Assembly: GCA_963676105.1 (NCBI GenBank)
Contig: OY781039.1
Span: 1,920,001-1,952,000, forward strand
Source: Erysipelotrichaceae bacterium
Lineage (GTDB): Bacteria; Bacillota_I; Bacilli_A; Erysipelotrichales; Erysipelotrichaceae
Direction of reading: 5' to 3'
Length of the DNA stretch: 32,000 nucleotides
This document shows positions 17,449 through 26,748 of this stretch, piece by piece. Below the pieces are notes generated by a model. It searched no databases. It was not told the origin of the DNA and was given only the letters and a program-made list of their open reading frames with translations. Positions within the stretch are counted from its first letter, which is position 1, and each line of letters starts with the position of its first letter. Made by a program: the position numbers and the translations under genes.

Positions 17449-18888
17449 ATGAGTATTCAATATAAAGGCTTAAAAGAGATTAAAGGTCCCCTTATTGTTT
17501 TAGACAATATTAAAAATGTTGGTTTTGAAGAAATGGTCGAAATCGAACTTGATAACGGCTCAACAAGAACAGGCCGTGTCATCATGATTGAAGGGGATAA
17601 AATTGTTGTTCAAGTATTTGAAGGAACATCAGGTTTATCTCAAATCAATACAAAAACAAAACTCTTAGGACATCCAATGCAAATCGCGTTATCCAAAGAA
17701 ATTTTAGGTCGTGTCTTTAATGGTGCAGGAACTCCGATTGATGGTTTAGGTGAAGTTTTTGCGAATGAATATGCCGATATTAATGGTAGTTCATTAAACC
17801 CTGTTATGCGTAAATATCCACGTAACTATATCAATACTGGTGTGTCTGGCATTGATGGTTTGAACACTCTAATTCGTGGTCAAAAACTACCAATCTTTTC
17901 AGGCTCAGGTTTACCTCATAATCAATTAGCGGTACAAATTGTACGTCAAGCGAATATTGCGGCTGAAGCGGGTCAAGAATTTGCGATTGTTTTTGGCGCA
18001 ATGGGTGTTAAAAATGACGTAGCGGATTATTTCAGACGTTCATTTGAAGAAACAGGTGTTATGGAAAAAGTTGTTATGTTTATGAACTTATCCAATGACC
18101 CAATTATTGAGCGTATCTTAACGCCACGCTGTGCTTTATCTGCCGCTGAATATCTAGCCTATGATGTAGGTATGCACGTTTTAGTTATATTGACTGATAT
18201 TACATCCTATTGTGAAGCTTTACGTGAGTTCTCTTCATCAAAAGAAGAAATTCCAGGACGTAAAGGATATCCAGGTTATATGTACTCTGACTTAGCATCA
18301 TTATATGAAAGAGCAGGGATTGTTGAAGGGCGCAAGGGTTCTGTAACTCAAATTCCTATTCTTACTATTCCTAATGATGATATTACCCATCCAGTTCCTG
18401 ACTTAACTGGCTATATCACAGAAGGTCAAATTGTTTTAGATCGTAATCTTCATCAGAATGGTTTATATCCACCAATTGGTATCTTACCGTCACTGTCTCG
18501 TTTAATGAAAGATGGTATTGGTGAAGGGTATACCCGTAAAGATCATTCATCTCTTGCGACACAACTCTTCGCATGTTATGCAAAAGTTCAAGATGCGCGT
18601 TCACTCGCATCTGTTATTGGTGAAGAAGAGTTATCTGAAGTTGATAGAAAATATATGGCTTATGGTCGTTTATTTGAAAAAGTATATATTGCCCAAGGAT
18701 TTGAAAATAATCGAGCAATCGAAGAAACATTAAATCTCGGTTGGCATTTATTATCCTTATTACCTAAGAAAGAACTCGATCGTATTCCCCAGGAATTAGT
18801 GGATGAATACTATGACAATCACAATGCGATTGCATACTTCATGGCTGCCATGGGTGGCGATGTCGACGAGATTTTAAAAGAGGCTTAA
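17449..18888 (+). CDS. ntpB: V/A-type ATPase subunit B
   Basis: 479 aa; [14 protein letters not shown] replaces the P-loop, and the overall sequence is typical B-subunit. Confidence 0.95.
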   Translation: MSIQYKGLKEIKGPLIVLDNIKNVGFEEMVEIELDNGSTRTGRVIMIEGDKIVVQVFEGTSGLSQINTKTKLLGHPMQIALSKEILGRVFNGAGTPIDGLGEVFANEYADINGSSLNPVMRKYPRNYINTGVSGIDGLNTLIRGQKLPIFSGSGLPHNQLAVQIVRQANIAAEAGQEFAIVFGAMGVKNDVADYFRRSFEETGVMEKVVMFMNLSNDPIIERILTPRCALSAAEYLAYDVGMHVLVILTDITSYCEALREFSSSKEEIPGRKGYPGYMYSDLASLYERAGIVEGRKGSVTQIPILTIPNDDITHPVPDLTGYITEGQIVLDRNLHQNGLYPPIGILPSLSRLMKDGIGEGYTRKDHSSLATQLFACYAKVQDARSLASVIGEEELSEVDRKYMAYGRLFEKVYIAQGFENNRAIEETLNLGWHLLSLLPKKELDRIPQELVDEYYDNHNAIAYFMAAMGGDVDEILKEA

Positions 18889-18891
18889 AAG

Positions 18892-19521
18892 ATGGCCGCA
18901 ACAAAAATTTCTCCAACTAAAGGGAACTTATTACATTCTAAAAAATCCCTACAACTTGCGAAACTCGGTTATGATCTAATGGATCGTAAGCGTAGTATTT
19001 TAATTCGCGAAATGATGATGTTGGTTGATAAAGTCAAACTGTTGCGTGATGAAATCACTGAAGTTTATGCAGAAGCTTATCTTGCGCTTCAAGCAGCTAA
19101 TATTTCATTAGGGGTTGTTTCTGAAATTTCCTCTGCCGTTACCATTGAAGATGGTGTGAAAATTGTCTATCGTTCAGTTATGGGCGTTGAGATTCCATCT
19201 GTTAGTTGTAGCGATAAACCGATTCAATTTGAGTATGGATTTGAAGACTCTAACTCTAAATTAGATGAAGCAACCATCAAGTTTAATCAAGTAAAGAAAA
19301 TGACCATTTTACTCAGTGAAATTGATAACTCTATTTATCGATTAGCTCGCGCCATTCAAAAGACTCAAAAACGTGCAAATGCACTTCAAAATATTGTTCT
19401 TCCTAATTTAAAAGCTGACATTAAATTCATTGCGGAAGCATTAGAAGAAAAAGAACGTGAAGAGTTTACACGCTTGAAAGTTATTAAGTCACAAAAAGAA
19501 AATGCAAAGAATGCAGCTTAA
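18892..19521 (+). CDS. ntpD: V/A-type ATPase subunit D (central stalk)
   Basis: 209 aa; ISPTKGNLLHSKKSLQLAKLGYDLMDRKR is a typical subunit D start, followed by coiled coil. Last gene before a strong terminator. Confidence 0.9.
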   Translation: MAATKISPTKGNLLHSKKSLQLAKLGYDLMDRKRSILIREMMMLVDKVKLLRDEITEVYAEAYLALQAANISLGVVSEISSAVTIEDGVKIVYRSVMGVEIPSVSCSDKPIQFEYGFEDSNSKLDEATIKFNQVKKMTILLSEIDNSIYRLARAIQKTQKRANALQNIVLPNLKADIKFIAEALEEKEREEFTRLKVIKSQKENAKNAA

Positions 19522-19539
19522 AAAGTTGCATTTTTTTTT
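19511..19539 (+). terminator. Terminator of the V-ATPase operon (overlaps the ntpD stop)
   Basis: ATGCAGCTT(19511-19519)-aaa-AAGTTGCAT(19523-19531) with one G-U pair, running directly into a 9-T tract (19531-19539) whose first T closes the stem. Confidence 0.85.
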
Positions 19540-19573
19540 AGGACTATTTGAATTTAATGCGTTTATATATAGT

Positions 19574-19909
19574 ATGAAGGTCTATCAATTTGAAGAACTA
19601 GATACATTGGTACGGTTCCACTTACGCTTTTATAAGAAGCAAAAAAGCAAAGAAGACTTCTATGCGAATAACATGGAGGTGTGTGAGGCACAAACGCATC
19701 GTCCGCTTGAGAAAGTTTATGTTTTTTGTATTGAACAATCCCTATCAGAATTGAGTGAAGATGAGCGATTAATACTCACCAAAGAGAATCTCGAATCAAC
19801 TAATAAAAACTGGTGGATGGAGTACTTTTCTAAGAGTACATATTATCGATTAAAGTATAAGGCTATGGACCGTTTTATTCATTGTTTACATTCAGAAAGC
19901 GTGGTATGA
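19574..19909 (+). CDS. Small sigma-70 region-4-like HTH protein (ArpU / MG284-MPN403-type C-terminus); start uncertain
   Basis: The C-terminal LSEDERLILTKENL...NWWMEYFSKSTYYRLKYKAMDRF resembles the STYYR(I/L)K HTH of ArpU/MG284-type proteins (from memory). The ORF-track start at 19502 lies inside the ntp terminator, so the next ATG (19574) is preferred. No SD at either. Confidence 0.45.
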   Translation: MKVYQFEELDTLVRFHLRFYKKQKSKEDFYANNMEVCEAQTHRPLEKVYVFCIEQSLSELSEDERLILTKENLESTNKNWWMEYFSKSTYYRLKYKAMDRFIHCLHSESVV

Positions 19910-19974
19910 TGTTTGTGAAAATTTCGACTTGAAAATATTTTTTAAGTCGCTATTAAAAATCTAAGGAGAAACAC

Positions 19975-21684
19975 ATGCTAAAAGGTATTGCTGCAAGTAG
20001 TGGCGTAGTCGTCGCGAAAGCTTACAAAATGGTTCAACCCGTTTTTGAAATCACAAAGAAGACTGCTAATGTTGAGGAAGAATTAGCTAAATTTGAAGCT
20101 GCTATTCTAAAGACTCGTGAAGACATTGAAAGAATTAAAGCGAAAGCTGTTGGAAAACTATCTGACGAAGAATTAGCGATTTTTGATGCTCACATTATGG
20201 TTACCATGGATCCTGAGTTTACAGGTCAAATGGAAGAAATGATTAAGAGTGATAGCGTTAATGCTGATTATGCTTGTCACGAAGTTTCAAGTATGTTCAT
20301 CAATATGTTTGAAGGAATGGATGACCCATACTTTAAAGAACGTGCTGCTGATATTAAAGACGTTAGTTACCGTTTAACATGCCATATCTTAGGCTTAGAA
20401 ATGGCTGACTTATCACTTATCAATGAAAAAGTTATTATCGTTGCTCACGATTTAACTCCTTCTGATACAGCTCAGTTAAATAAAGAATTTACATTAGGTT
20501 TCGCTACTGCGATTGGTGGACGTACATCTCACTCCGCAATTATGGCACGATCACTTGAAATTCCTGCAATCGTTGGTATTTCTGGTTTACTAGAACAAGT
20601 TAATCACGGTGATTTAATTGCTTTAGATGCGATTGATGGTGAGTTACACTTAAATCCTACTGAAGAACAAATCAAAGACTTTGAGAAAAAAGCTGAACGT
20701 TACGAAAAATTAAAGGAAAGCTTAAAAGTTCTTAAAGATGCTGAATCTATCACAACTGATGGACATCACGTTGAATTGGTTGCCAATATCGGTACACCAA
20801 ATGATGTTGACGGTGTTCTAAATAATGGTGGTGAAGGTGTTGGTTTATACCGTACAGAATTCCTTTACATGGATGCTAAAGACTTCCCAACAGAGGAAGA
20901 TCAATATACTGCTTATAAAACTGTCCTTGAAAGAATGGGTAAAAAACCTGTTGTTGTTAGAACATTAGATATCGGTGGTGACAAAGAGTTAAGTTACTTA
21001 GACCTACCACATGAAATGAATCCATTCTTAGGTTATCGTGCGATTCGTTTATGTTTAGATCGTCCAGAGCTTTTTAAAACTCAAATTCGTTCATTACTAC
21101 GCGCATCAGTACATGGAAACCTCTGCATCATGTTCCCAATGATCGCAACGCTTGATGAATTTAGAGCGGCTAAGAAATTTGTAAAAGATACTGAAGCTGA
21201 ATTAAAAGCAGAAGGAATTGAAGTGGCTAAATATCAATTAGGTATTATGGTTGAAATTCCTGCAGCTGCAGTACTTGCTGATCAATTTGCGAAAGAAGTT
21301 GACTTCTTCTCAATTGGAACAAACGACTTGATCCAATACTCAATGGCTGCTGATAGAATGAGTGAAAAAGTTTCTTATCTCTATCAACCATTCAACCCAT
21401 CATTACTACGTTTAATCAAAATGACCATCGATGGTGCTCATAAAGAAGGTAAATGGTGTGGAATGTGTGGTGAAATGGCTGGTGAACCATATGCTGTACC
21501 TCTACTACTTGGTTTAGGTTTAGATGAGTTCTCCATGTCTGCAACATCAATCTTACAAGCTCGTAAAATTGTTCGTTCATTAAGCTATAAAGATATGCAA
21601 GATTTATCTGCTAAAGCAATTAATCTTTCTACAATGGAAGATGTACTTGATTTAGTTAAAAAGAACGTTAAATTTGACGATTAA
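19975..21684 (+). CDS. ptsI: Phosphoenolpyruvate-protein phosphotransferase (PTS enzyme I)
   Basis: 569 aa with the phospho-His region [21 protein letters not shown], a PEP-utilising C-terminal domain ([17 protein letters not shown]) and catalytic Cys in [13 protein letters not shown] aaggag. Confidence 0.95.
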   Translation: MLKGIAASSGVVVAKAYKMVQPVFEITKKTANVEEELAKFEAAILKTREDIERIKAKAVGKLSDEELAIFDAHIMVTMDPEFTGQMEEMIKSDSVNADYACHEVSSMFINMFEGMDDPYFKERAADIKDVSYRLTCHILGLEMADLSLINEKVIIVAHDLTPSDTAQLNKEFTLGFATAIGGRTSHSAIMARSLEIPAIVGISGLLEQVNHGDLIALDAIDGELHLNPTEEQIKDFEKKAERYEKLKESLKVLKDAESITTDGHHVELVANIGTPNDVDGVLNNGGEGVGLYRTEFLYMDAKDFPTEEDQYTAYKTVLERMGKKPVVVRTLDIGGDKELSYLDLPHEMNPFLGYRAIRLCLDRPELFKTQIRSLLRASVHGNLCIMFPMIATLDEFRAAKKFVKDTEAELKAEGIEVAKYQLGIMVEIPAAAVLADQFAKEVDFFSIGTNDLIQYSMAADRMSEKVSYLYQPFNPSLLRLIKMTIDGAHKEGKWCGMCGEMAGEPYAVPLLLGLGLDEFSMSATSILQARKIVRSLSYKDMQDLSAKAINLSTMEDVLDLVKKNVKFDD

Positions 21685-21698
21685 TCTTTAATTATAAT

Positions 21699-21731
21699 GT
21701 CTCACTTTAATAACAAAGTGGGACTTTTTTT
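21699..21731 (+). terminator. Terminator after ptsI
   Basis: GTCTCACTTT(21699-21708)-aataac-AAAGTGGGAC(21715-21724) with one G-U pair, followed by TTTTTTT. Confidence 0.85.
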
Positions 21732-21788
21732 ATCTATAATAGACATGACTTAAATAACATATTTAGCCCATTAAAAAAAATTTTTTAA

Positions 21789-21802
21789 TGAATTCGCTTA
21801 CA
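21789..21802. promoter_or_regulatory. cre-like (CcpA-type) operator candidate upstream of pflB
   Basis: TGAATTCGCTTACA versus consensus TGWAANCGNTNWCA gives one mismatch at a defined position. Confidence 0.4.
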
Positions 21803-21809
21803 TTACTTT

Positions 21810-21829
21810 AATGTGATTTATATCACATT
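21810..21829. promoter_or_regulatory. Perfect TGTGA-N6-TCACA palindrome (Rex- or Crp/Fnr-type operator candidate) at the pflB promoter
   Basis: AATGTGAT-TTAT-ATCACATT has 8-bp perfect arms. It ends 2 nt before a -10-like TACAAT (21832-21837), so it overlaps the -35/spacer region. Confidence 0.5.
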
Positions 21830-21878
21830 TATACAATGAAAAAGTATGTTAAATTTGTATTGGAAAAGAGGACTTGTT

Positions 21879-24104
21879 ATGAAAGATGCTTGGAAAAACT
21901 TTAAATCTGGAGCTTGGGAAAGTGAGATTAATGTTGAGGATTTTATTCAAACAAATTATACATACTATACAGGTGATGATTCATTTTTAGCGCCAATTAC
22001 CGCAAAGACAAAAGCGGTTTGGGGACGTTGTGAAGAATTATTAGCTGAAGAGTTAAAACTAGGTGTTTTAGACATTGAAATGGATGCGATATCTGGTGTT
22101 AATAACTTCAAGCCTGGTTATATATTAAGAGAATCTGAATCTATTGTTGGTTTACAAACAGATGCACCATTAAAGCGTATTATTAATCCTTATGGTGGTA
22201 TTCGTTTGGCGGCTAAAATTCTAAAAGTTTATGGTCGAGAAATGAAACCCGAATTTATGACATTCTTTGATGAATATGGAAAAACACATAATCAAGGTGT
22301 CTTTGATGCTTATACAGATGATATGCGTAAAGCTCGTCATACAGGTTTATTAACGGGTTTACCAGATGCTTATGGACGTGGACGTATCATTGGTGATTAT
22401 CGTCGTGTTGCCTTATATGGTATTGATGCCTTAATCGAAGATAAGAAACAAGATTTAAACTTCATCAAAGATATTAATGCTGAAAGCATTCAACTTCGTG
22501 AAGAAGTGAGTGATCAAATCAAAGCATTAGGCGATATTAAAAAAATGGCCGCAACTTATGGCTTAGATATTTCTGAACCTGCCAAAACAGCTCAAGAAGC
22601 AGTTCAATGGTTATACTTTGCTTACTTAGCAGGTGTCAAAGAAAATAATGGTGCTGCAATGTCATTAGGACGTACATCAACTTTCTTAGATATCTATATT
22701 CAAAGAGATTTAGAAAATGGAAAGATTACTGAAGATCTTGCTCAAGAATACATAGACCAATTCATTATTAAATTACGTTTAGTACGTCATTTAAGATCAC
22801 CTGAATATGATGAGTTATTTGCGGGAGATCCAACCTGGGTTACTGAATCTATTGGCGGTATGTCACGTAATAAAACACCTCTAATTACAAAAAATTCTTT
22901 TAGATACTTACACTCACTCACAAACTTAGGGCCAGCACCTGAGCCTAATATGACAGTTTTATGGTCCGAAAGTTTACCTGAAAACTTTAAGAAATATGCC
23001 GCTAAAATGTCAATTGAGACAGGTGCAATTCAGTATGAAAATGATGACTTAATGTCACCAATTTATAATAGTGATTATGCCATTGCATGTTGTGTATCTG
23101 CGATGGGTATTGGTAAGCAAATGCAATACTTTGGCGCAAGAACTAATATGGCGAAAGCGTTACTCTATTCGATTAATGGTGGATTAGATGAGGTCTATAA
23201 CGAAAAAGTTGTAGATGGTATCGAAATGATGAATGATGAAGTTTTAGACTATGACAAAGTCATGGCTTCATATACTCAAATTTTAGAAAAAGTTGCGAAA
23301 CTTTATGTTGATACGATGAATATCATTCACTATATGCATGACAAGTATGCGTATGAAAAATCTCAAATGGCTCTACATGATACATATGTTGAACGTATGA
23401 TGGCATTTGGTGTTGCGGGCTTATCTGTCGTTGCGGACTCTTTATCAGCTATTAAATATGCTAAAGTAAAACCAATTCGTAATGAATTTGGAGTTGCGAC
23501 TGATTTTGAAATTGAAGGAACATTCCCTAAGTTTGGTAATGATGATGATCGTGTCGATGATATCGCGGTAGAAGTTGTCACGATGTTTTCCAACATGTTA
23601 AAGAAACATCCTTTAATTCGTAACGCAAAACATACGCTATCTATCTTAACCATTACGTCAAATGTGGTCTATGGTTTGAAAACAGGCTCAACACCAGATG
23701 GACGTAAAAAAGGTGAACCATTTGCGCCTGGCGCAAACCCAATGCACGGACGTGATATTGATGGCGCTATCGCATCATTAAACTCTGTCGCAAAAATCCC
23801 TTATGAAGATATTTGCCAAGATGGTGTTTCAAATACATTCTCAATTATGCCTGAAGCTTTAGGTAAAACTAAAGGTGAACAAGTTGATAATACGGTTTCA
23901 ATTTTAGATGGTTACTTTAAATCAAATGCACACCACTTAAATGTTAATGTCTACTCTCGTGAAGTCTTAATGAAAGCGATGGAACATCCTGAACTTTATC
24001 CGAATTTAACGATTCGTGTTTCAGGGTATGCGGTTCATTTCCACCGTCTTACAAAGGCTCAACAACTCGAAGTGCTTAATCGTACTTTTCATGAGTCTAT
24101 CTAA
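21879..24104 (+). CDS. pflB: Pyruvate formate-lyase (formate C-acetyltransferase, glycyl radical enzyme)
   Basis: Glycyl-radical motif RVSGYAVHF and active-site IACCVSAMG. The start is moved from 21846 to 21879 (MKDAWKNF...), which has SD aaagagga 6 nt upstream. Confidence 0.95.
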   Translation: MKDAWKNFKSGAWESEINVEDFIQTNYTYYTGDDSFLAPITAKTKAVWGRCEELLAEELKLGVLDIEMDAISGVNNFKPGYILRESESIVGLQTDAPLKRIINPYGGIRLAAKILKVYGREMKPEFMTFFDEYGKTHNQGVFDAYTDDMRKARHTGLLTGLPDAYGRGRIIGDYRRVALYGIDALIEDKKQDLNFIKDINAESIQLREEVSDQIKALGDIKKMAATYGLDISEPAKTAQEAVQWLYFAYLAGVKENNGAAMSLGRTSTFLDIYIQRDLENGKITEDLAQEYIDQFIIKLRLVRHLRSPEYDELFAGDPTWVTESIGGMSRNKTPLITKNSFRYLHSLTNLGPAPEPNMTVLWSESLPENFKKYAAKMSIETGAIQYENDDLMSPIYNSDYAIACCVSAMGIGKQMQYFGARTNMAKALLYSINGGLDEVYNEKVVDGIEMMNDEVLDYDKVMASYTQILEKVAKLYVDTMNIIHYMHDKYAYEKSQMALHDTYVERMMAFGVAGLSVVADSLSAIKYAKVKPIRNEFGVATDFEIEGTFPKFGNDDDRVDDIAVEVVTMFSNMLKKHPLIRNAKHTLSILTITSNVVYGLKTGSTPDGRKKGEPFAPGANPMHGRDIDGAIASLNSVAKIPYEDICQDGVSNTFSIMPEALGKTKGEQVDNTVSILDGYFKSNAHHLNVNVYSREVLMKAMEHPELYPNLTIRVSGYAVHFHRLTKAQQLEVLNRTFHESI

Positions 24105-24837
24105 TACAGCTTATATACAAAAAATTGAAAAGCTAGGAACCTTTGATGGACCGGGTATCCGAACAGTATTCTTCCTTTCAGGCTGTCCTTTAAGATGTCT
24201 TTATTGTCATAATCCAGAAACTTGGAAAGCCAATCAAGGACAAACAATTTCAGTTGAAGAAGTTTTGAGGATTGCTAGACGAAACAAGAATTACTATGGG
24301 CTCAAGGGTGGTATTACTTTAAGTGGTGGTGAACCCTTAATGCAGGCAGACTTTGTATTACAATGTTTCAAAGCATTAAAGGCTGAAGGTTTCCATACTG
24401 TTTTAGATACCTCCGGGCATAGTTCGAGTCCGTTAATTGATTTAATCTTAGATTATACAGATCTCGTTTTATATGATTTAAAAGCTGCAGACAAGGACAT
24501 GTATCATTCGATTACTTTAGGTCAAAAAGATATTACTGATGCTTTTTTGAAAAAGACTCAAGACCATGACTGTAAATTATGGATACGACAGGTATTAGTA
24601 CCAGGTATTAATGATAATGTTGTTAATCTAGAACAAAGCGCACAAGTCATTGCCAAGTTAAATAATGTCGAAAGAATCGAAGTCTTGCCTTATCATACTT
24701 TAGGCTTAGCTAAATATGAAAAGATGAATATTGAATATCCGTTAAAAGGATTAAAACCAATGGACATGATACAAGCAGAAGAATTTCAAACAAAACTTAA
24801 TGTTCGCATCGCACAGTTAAAAAAAGCTCACCAGTAA
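24091..24837 (+). CDS. pflA: Pyruvate formate-lyase activating enzyme (radical SAM)
   Basis: Contains [30 protein letters not shown] (CxxxCxxC) and [10 protein letters not shown]. The ORF-track start at 24016 (GTG) lies inside pflB. The ATG at 24091 gives a family-typical N-terminus and overlaps pflB by 14 nt. Confidence 0.9.
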   Translation: MSLSNTAYIQKIEKLGTFDGPGIRTVFFLSGCPLRCLYCHNPETWKANQGQTISVEEVLRIARRNKNYYGLKGGITLSGGEPLMQADFVLQCFKALKAEGFHTVLDTSGHSSSPLIDLILDYTDLVLYDLKAADKDMYHSITLGQKDITDAFLKKTQDHDCKLWIRQVLVPGINDNVVNLEQSAQVIAKLNNVERIEVLPYHTLGLAKYEKMNIEYPLKGLKPMDMIQAEEFQTKLNVRIAQLKKAHQ

Positions 24838-24846
24838 TGGTGGGCT
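24825..24846. terminator. Bidirectional terminator between pflA and azlD
   Basis: AGCTCACCA-gtaa-TGGTGGGCT. An A-run lies upstream on + (a T-run for the minus-strand transcript); only a weak TTCTT follows on +. Confidence 0.65.
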
Positions 24847-24849
24847 TTC

Positions 24850-25179
24850 TTACGTAAAGATGAGATTTACTAAAATAAGATAAATGACTAATCCAATAAA
24901 GATACTAACAAGCGTGTTTTTCTTCCAAAGGTGAATAAAGGTAATCGAAACAAGGGATATTAACTCGGGTATGCCATAAGGATAAACCATCGGAGATATA
25001 CCTTTTAAAGCATAGACCACTAACATACCTAAAGAAGCGAGTGGCAAAGTATCACCTAATTTCCTTAACCAATGTGGAATGGGTTTATTTTCTGGAAAGA
25101 ATAAGAAGGGGGTAAAACGGGTTAAGATGGTTCCGCCTGCCAAAGCAAAGACCATTAGCCATCTTTGTAGATCAGTCAT
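24850..25179 (-). CDS. azlD: AzlD-family branched-chain amino acid transport protein
   Basis: 109 aa, 4 TM, N-terminus LMVFALAGGTILTRFTPFLFF typical of AzlD. Overlaps azlC by 8 nt. Confidence 0.8.
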   Translation of the reverse strand: MTDLQRWLMVFALAGGTILTRFTPFLFFPENKPIPHWLRKLGDTLPLASLGMLVVYALKGISPMVYPYGIPELISLVSITFIHLWKKNTLVSIFIGLVIYLILVNLIFT

Positions 25180-25849
25180 GTTTTGGTTCCTTCTTAAATA
25201 AGATTCCGACTAAGATTAAAACCATACTTCCCAATAAGAAGTTAGAAGAACCTAATATGAGAAGAGAAATAAAGGTTGCGAGTACGCCTATAATCAAGAA
25301 AGGTCTATTTTCTTGCTGTTCCCATTGATTTAAAAAGAGAATATAAAACAAAGCGGTTAAAACAAAATCAAAACCTTGAATGGATGATGGGACAAGTTGA
25401 CCTAAGAAATAACCCAATAAACTAAAACTATTCCAATAGATATAACAAACAATCCCAATCCAAAAATAAAACCATGATGAATCAGTGTCTTCAGGGATAT
25501 CAACCGCTGCTTGAACCGAAAAGGCTTCATCAGCCAATGTGTAAATCGCAAAGAATTTCTTAATTCCCATATTTCGATATTTAGACAACATAGAGATGCC
25601 GTAAAATACATGACGGATATTTACGAGGACTGCAAGTGTAAAGGCCGCAATTGGGTTAAAAACACCAATTAATAAGGGAATAGCCGCAAATTGTAGAGCA
25701 CCTGCAAATACAATCCCGCTCATCGCCATGACCCAATAGAATGAAAGACCACTACGATTCATGAGCAAGCCATAAGCTAAACCTAAAAAGGCATAACCTG
25801 TCAAAATAGGTAAAGTATGAGGGAGTGCTTTTTTAAGACTTTGGTGCAT
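25172..25849 (-). CDS. azlC: AzlC-family amino acid exporter subunit
   Basis: 225 aa, multi-TM. LPILTGYAFLGLAYGLL...AGALQFAAIPLL is typical of AzlC. Confidence 0.8.
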   Translation of the reverse strand: MHQSLKKALPHTLPILTGYAFLGLAYGLLMNRSGLSFYWVMAMSGIVFAGALQFAAIPLLIGVFNPIAAFTLAVLVNIRHVFYGISMLSKYRNMGIKKFFAIYTLADEAFSVQAAVDIPEDTDSSWFYFWIGIVCYIYWNSFSLLGYFLGQLVPSSIQGFDFVLTALFYILFLNQWEQQENRPFLIIGVLATFISLLILGSSNFLLGSMVLILVGILFKKEPKHD

Positions 25850-26651
25850 AAAGAGAACTCAATTCATCTTGAATTTCAGCTGCACGATTTTGCGTCGCTT
25901 CAAAGGTATCTAATATTAATTGGTCAATGCTTTGATCTAAGATAGCCAAACCTTCAACTGTTGTACCATTTTTAGAGCTAACATTTTTAATTAATAGATC
26001 TAAATCAATATCATTGGCTTTTGCCATTTCAGCTGCCGCTACAAATGTCTGTGCAACTAAAGCTTTCGCATCAAGTTCCTCAATACCATTATCCATAGAT
26101 GCTTTGACAAAAGCTGCCATTAAACGATATACAAAAGCGATGCCAGATCCACTATTAGATACAAAGACATTCATATCACTTTCTTGGATTGGCGTTAATA
26201 AGGCAACCGATTCAAAGGTTGAGTGAATTTTTTGAAGATCACTGGTATTAATCTTTTGATTACAACATAAAGCGATACTACCTTTTTTAATGGATACCGC
26301 TGTCGTAGGCATCATGCGAATAAGTTTATGATTGCGTCCTAACCAAGATTCTAAAAGTTCTAAACTAATACCTACCGCAATTGAAATAACGAAGGCATCT
26401 TCAGGGACATAATCTTTAATTTCTAAACAGACATCGTGAAGTTGTTGAGGTTTCACAGCTAAAACAACTATATCTGCATTTTTAACACAGTTAACATTGT
26501 TTCTTTCCGCAACAAAATGATAATCTTCGCGTAATTTATCTAATGATTCACTACGTCTTGATGATACATGGTGAACAAGATCATATTTACCTTTAAAACC
26601 TTCTAGAAAGGCTTTTGTCATATTGCCTGCACCAATCCATGAAATTTGCAT
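25833..26651 (-). CDS. proC: Pyrroline-5-carboxylate reductase
   Basis: 272 aa with Rossmann start ISWIGAGNMTKA, VLAVKPQ, and a C-terminal dimerisation domain containing SKNGTTVEGL. SD ggagg. Confidence 0.9.
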   Translation of the reverse strand: MQISWIGAGNMTKAFLEGFKGKYDLVHHVSSRRSESLDKLREDYHFVAERNNVNCVKNADIVVLAVKPQQLHDVCLEIKDYVPEDAFVISIAVGISLELLESWLGRNHKLIRMMPTTAVSIKKGSIALCCNQKINTSDLQKIHSTFESVALLTPIQESDMNVFVSNSGSGIAFVYRLMAAFVKASMDNGIEELDAKALVAQTFVAAAEMAKANDIDLDLLIKNVSSKNGTTVEGLAILDQSIDQLILDTFEATQNRAAEIQDELSSLYAPKS

Positions 26652-26748
26652 AATGTGAACCTCCGTAAATGTAAATATAATTTATCATATCTTAGGTCTT
26701 TAGTCATTTCACTTGAATATGCATGTTTCAATCCCTTAATTTAAAGAT

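Noticed and set aside
10677-19540. V-ATPase operon as a genomic island integrated at tRNA-Ser
   Set aside because: There is no integrase or recombinase gene. I could not find a direct repeat of the tRNA 3' end downstream of the operon. No mobility genes lie nearby. Only adjacency supports the idea.
19502-19573. ORF-track start at 19502 for the small HTH ORF (135 aa)
   Set aside because: The ATG lies inside ntpD and the terminator stem and T-tract. The encoded N-terminus (MQRMQLKKLHFFLGLFEF...) is translated terminator sequence. ATG 19574 is preferred.
19911-19930. TTTGTGAAAATTTCGACTT as a Rex or cre site upstream of ptsI
   Set aside because: Only the left half (TTGTGAA) matches Rex and the right half does not. 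The CG of a cre core is out of register.
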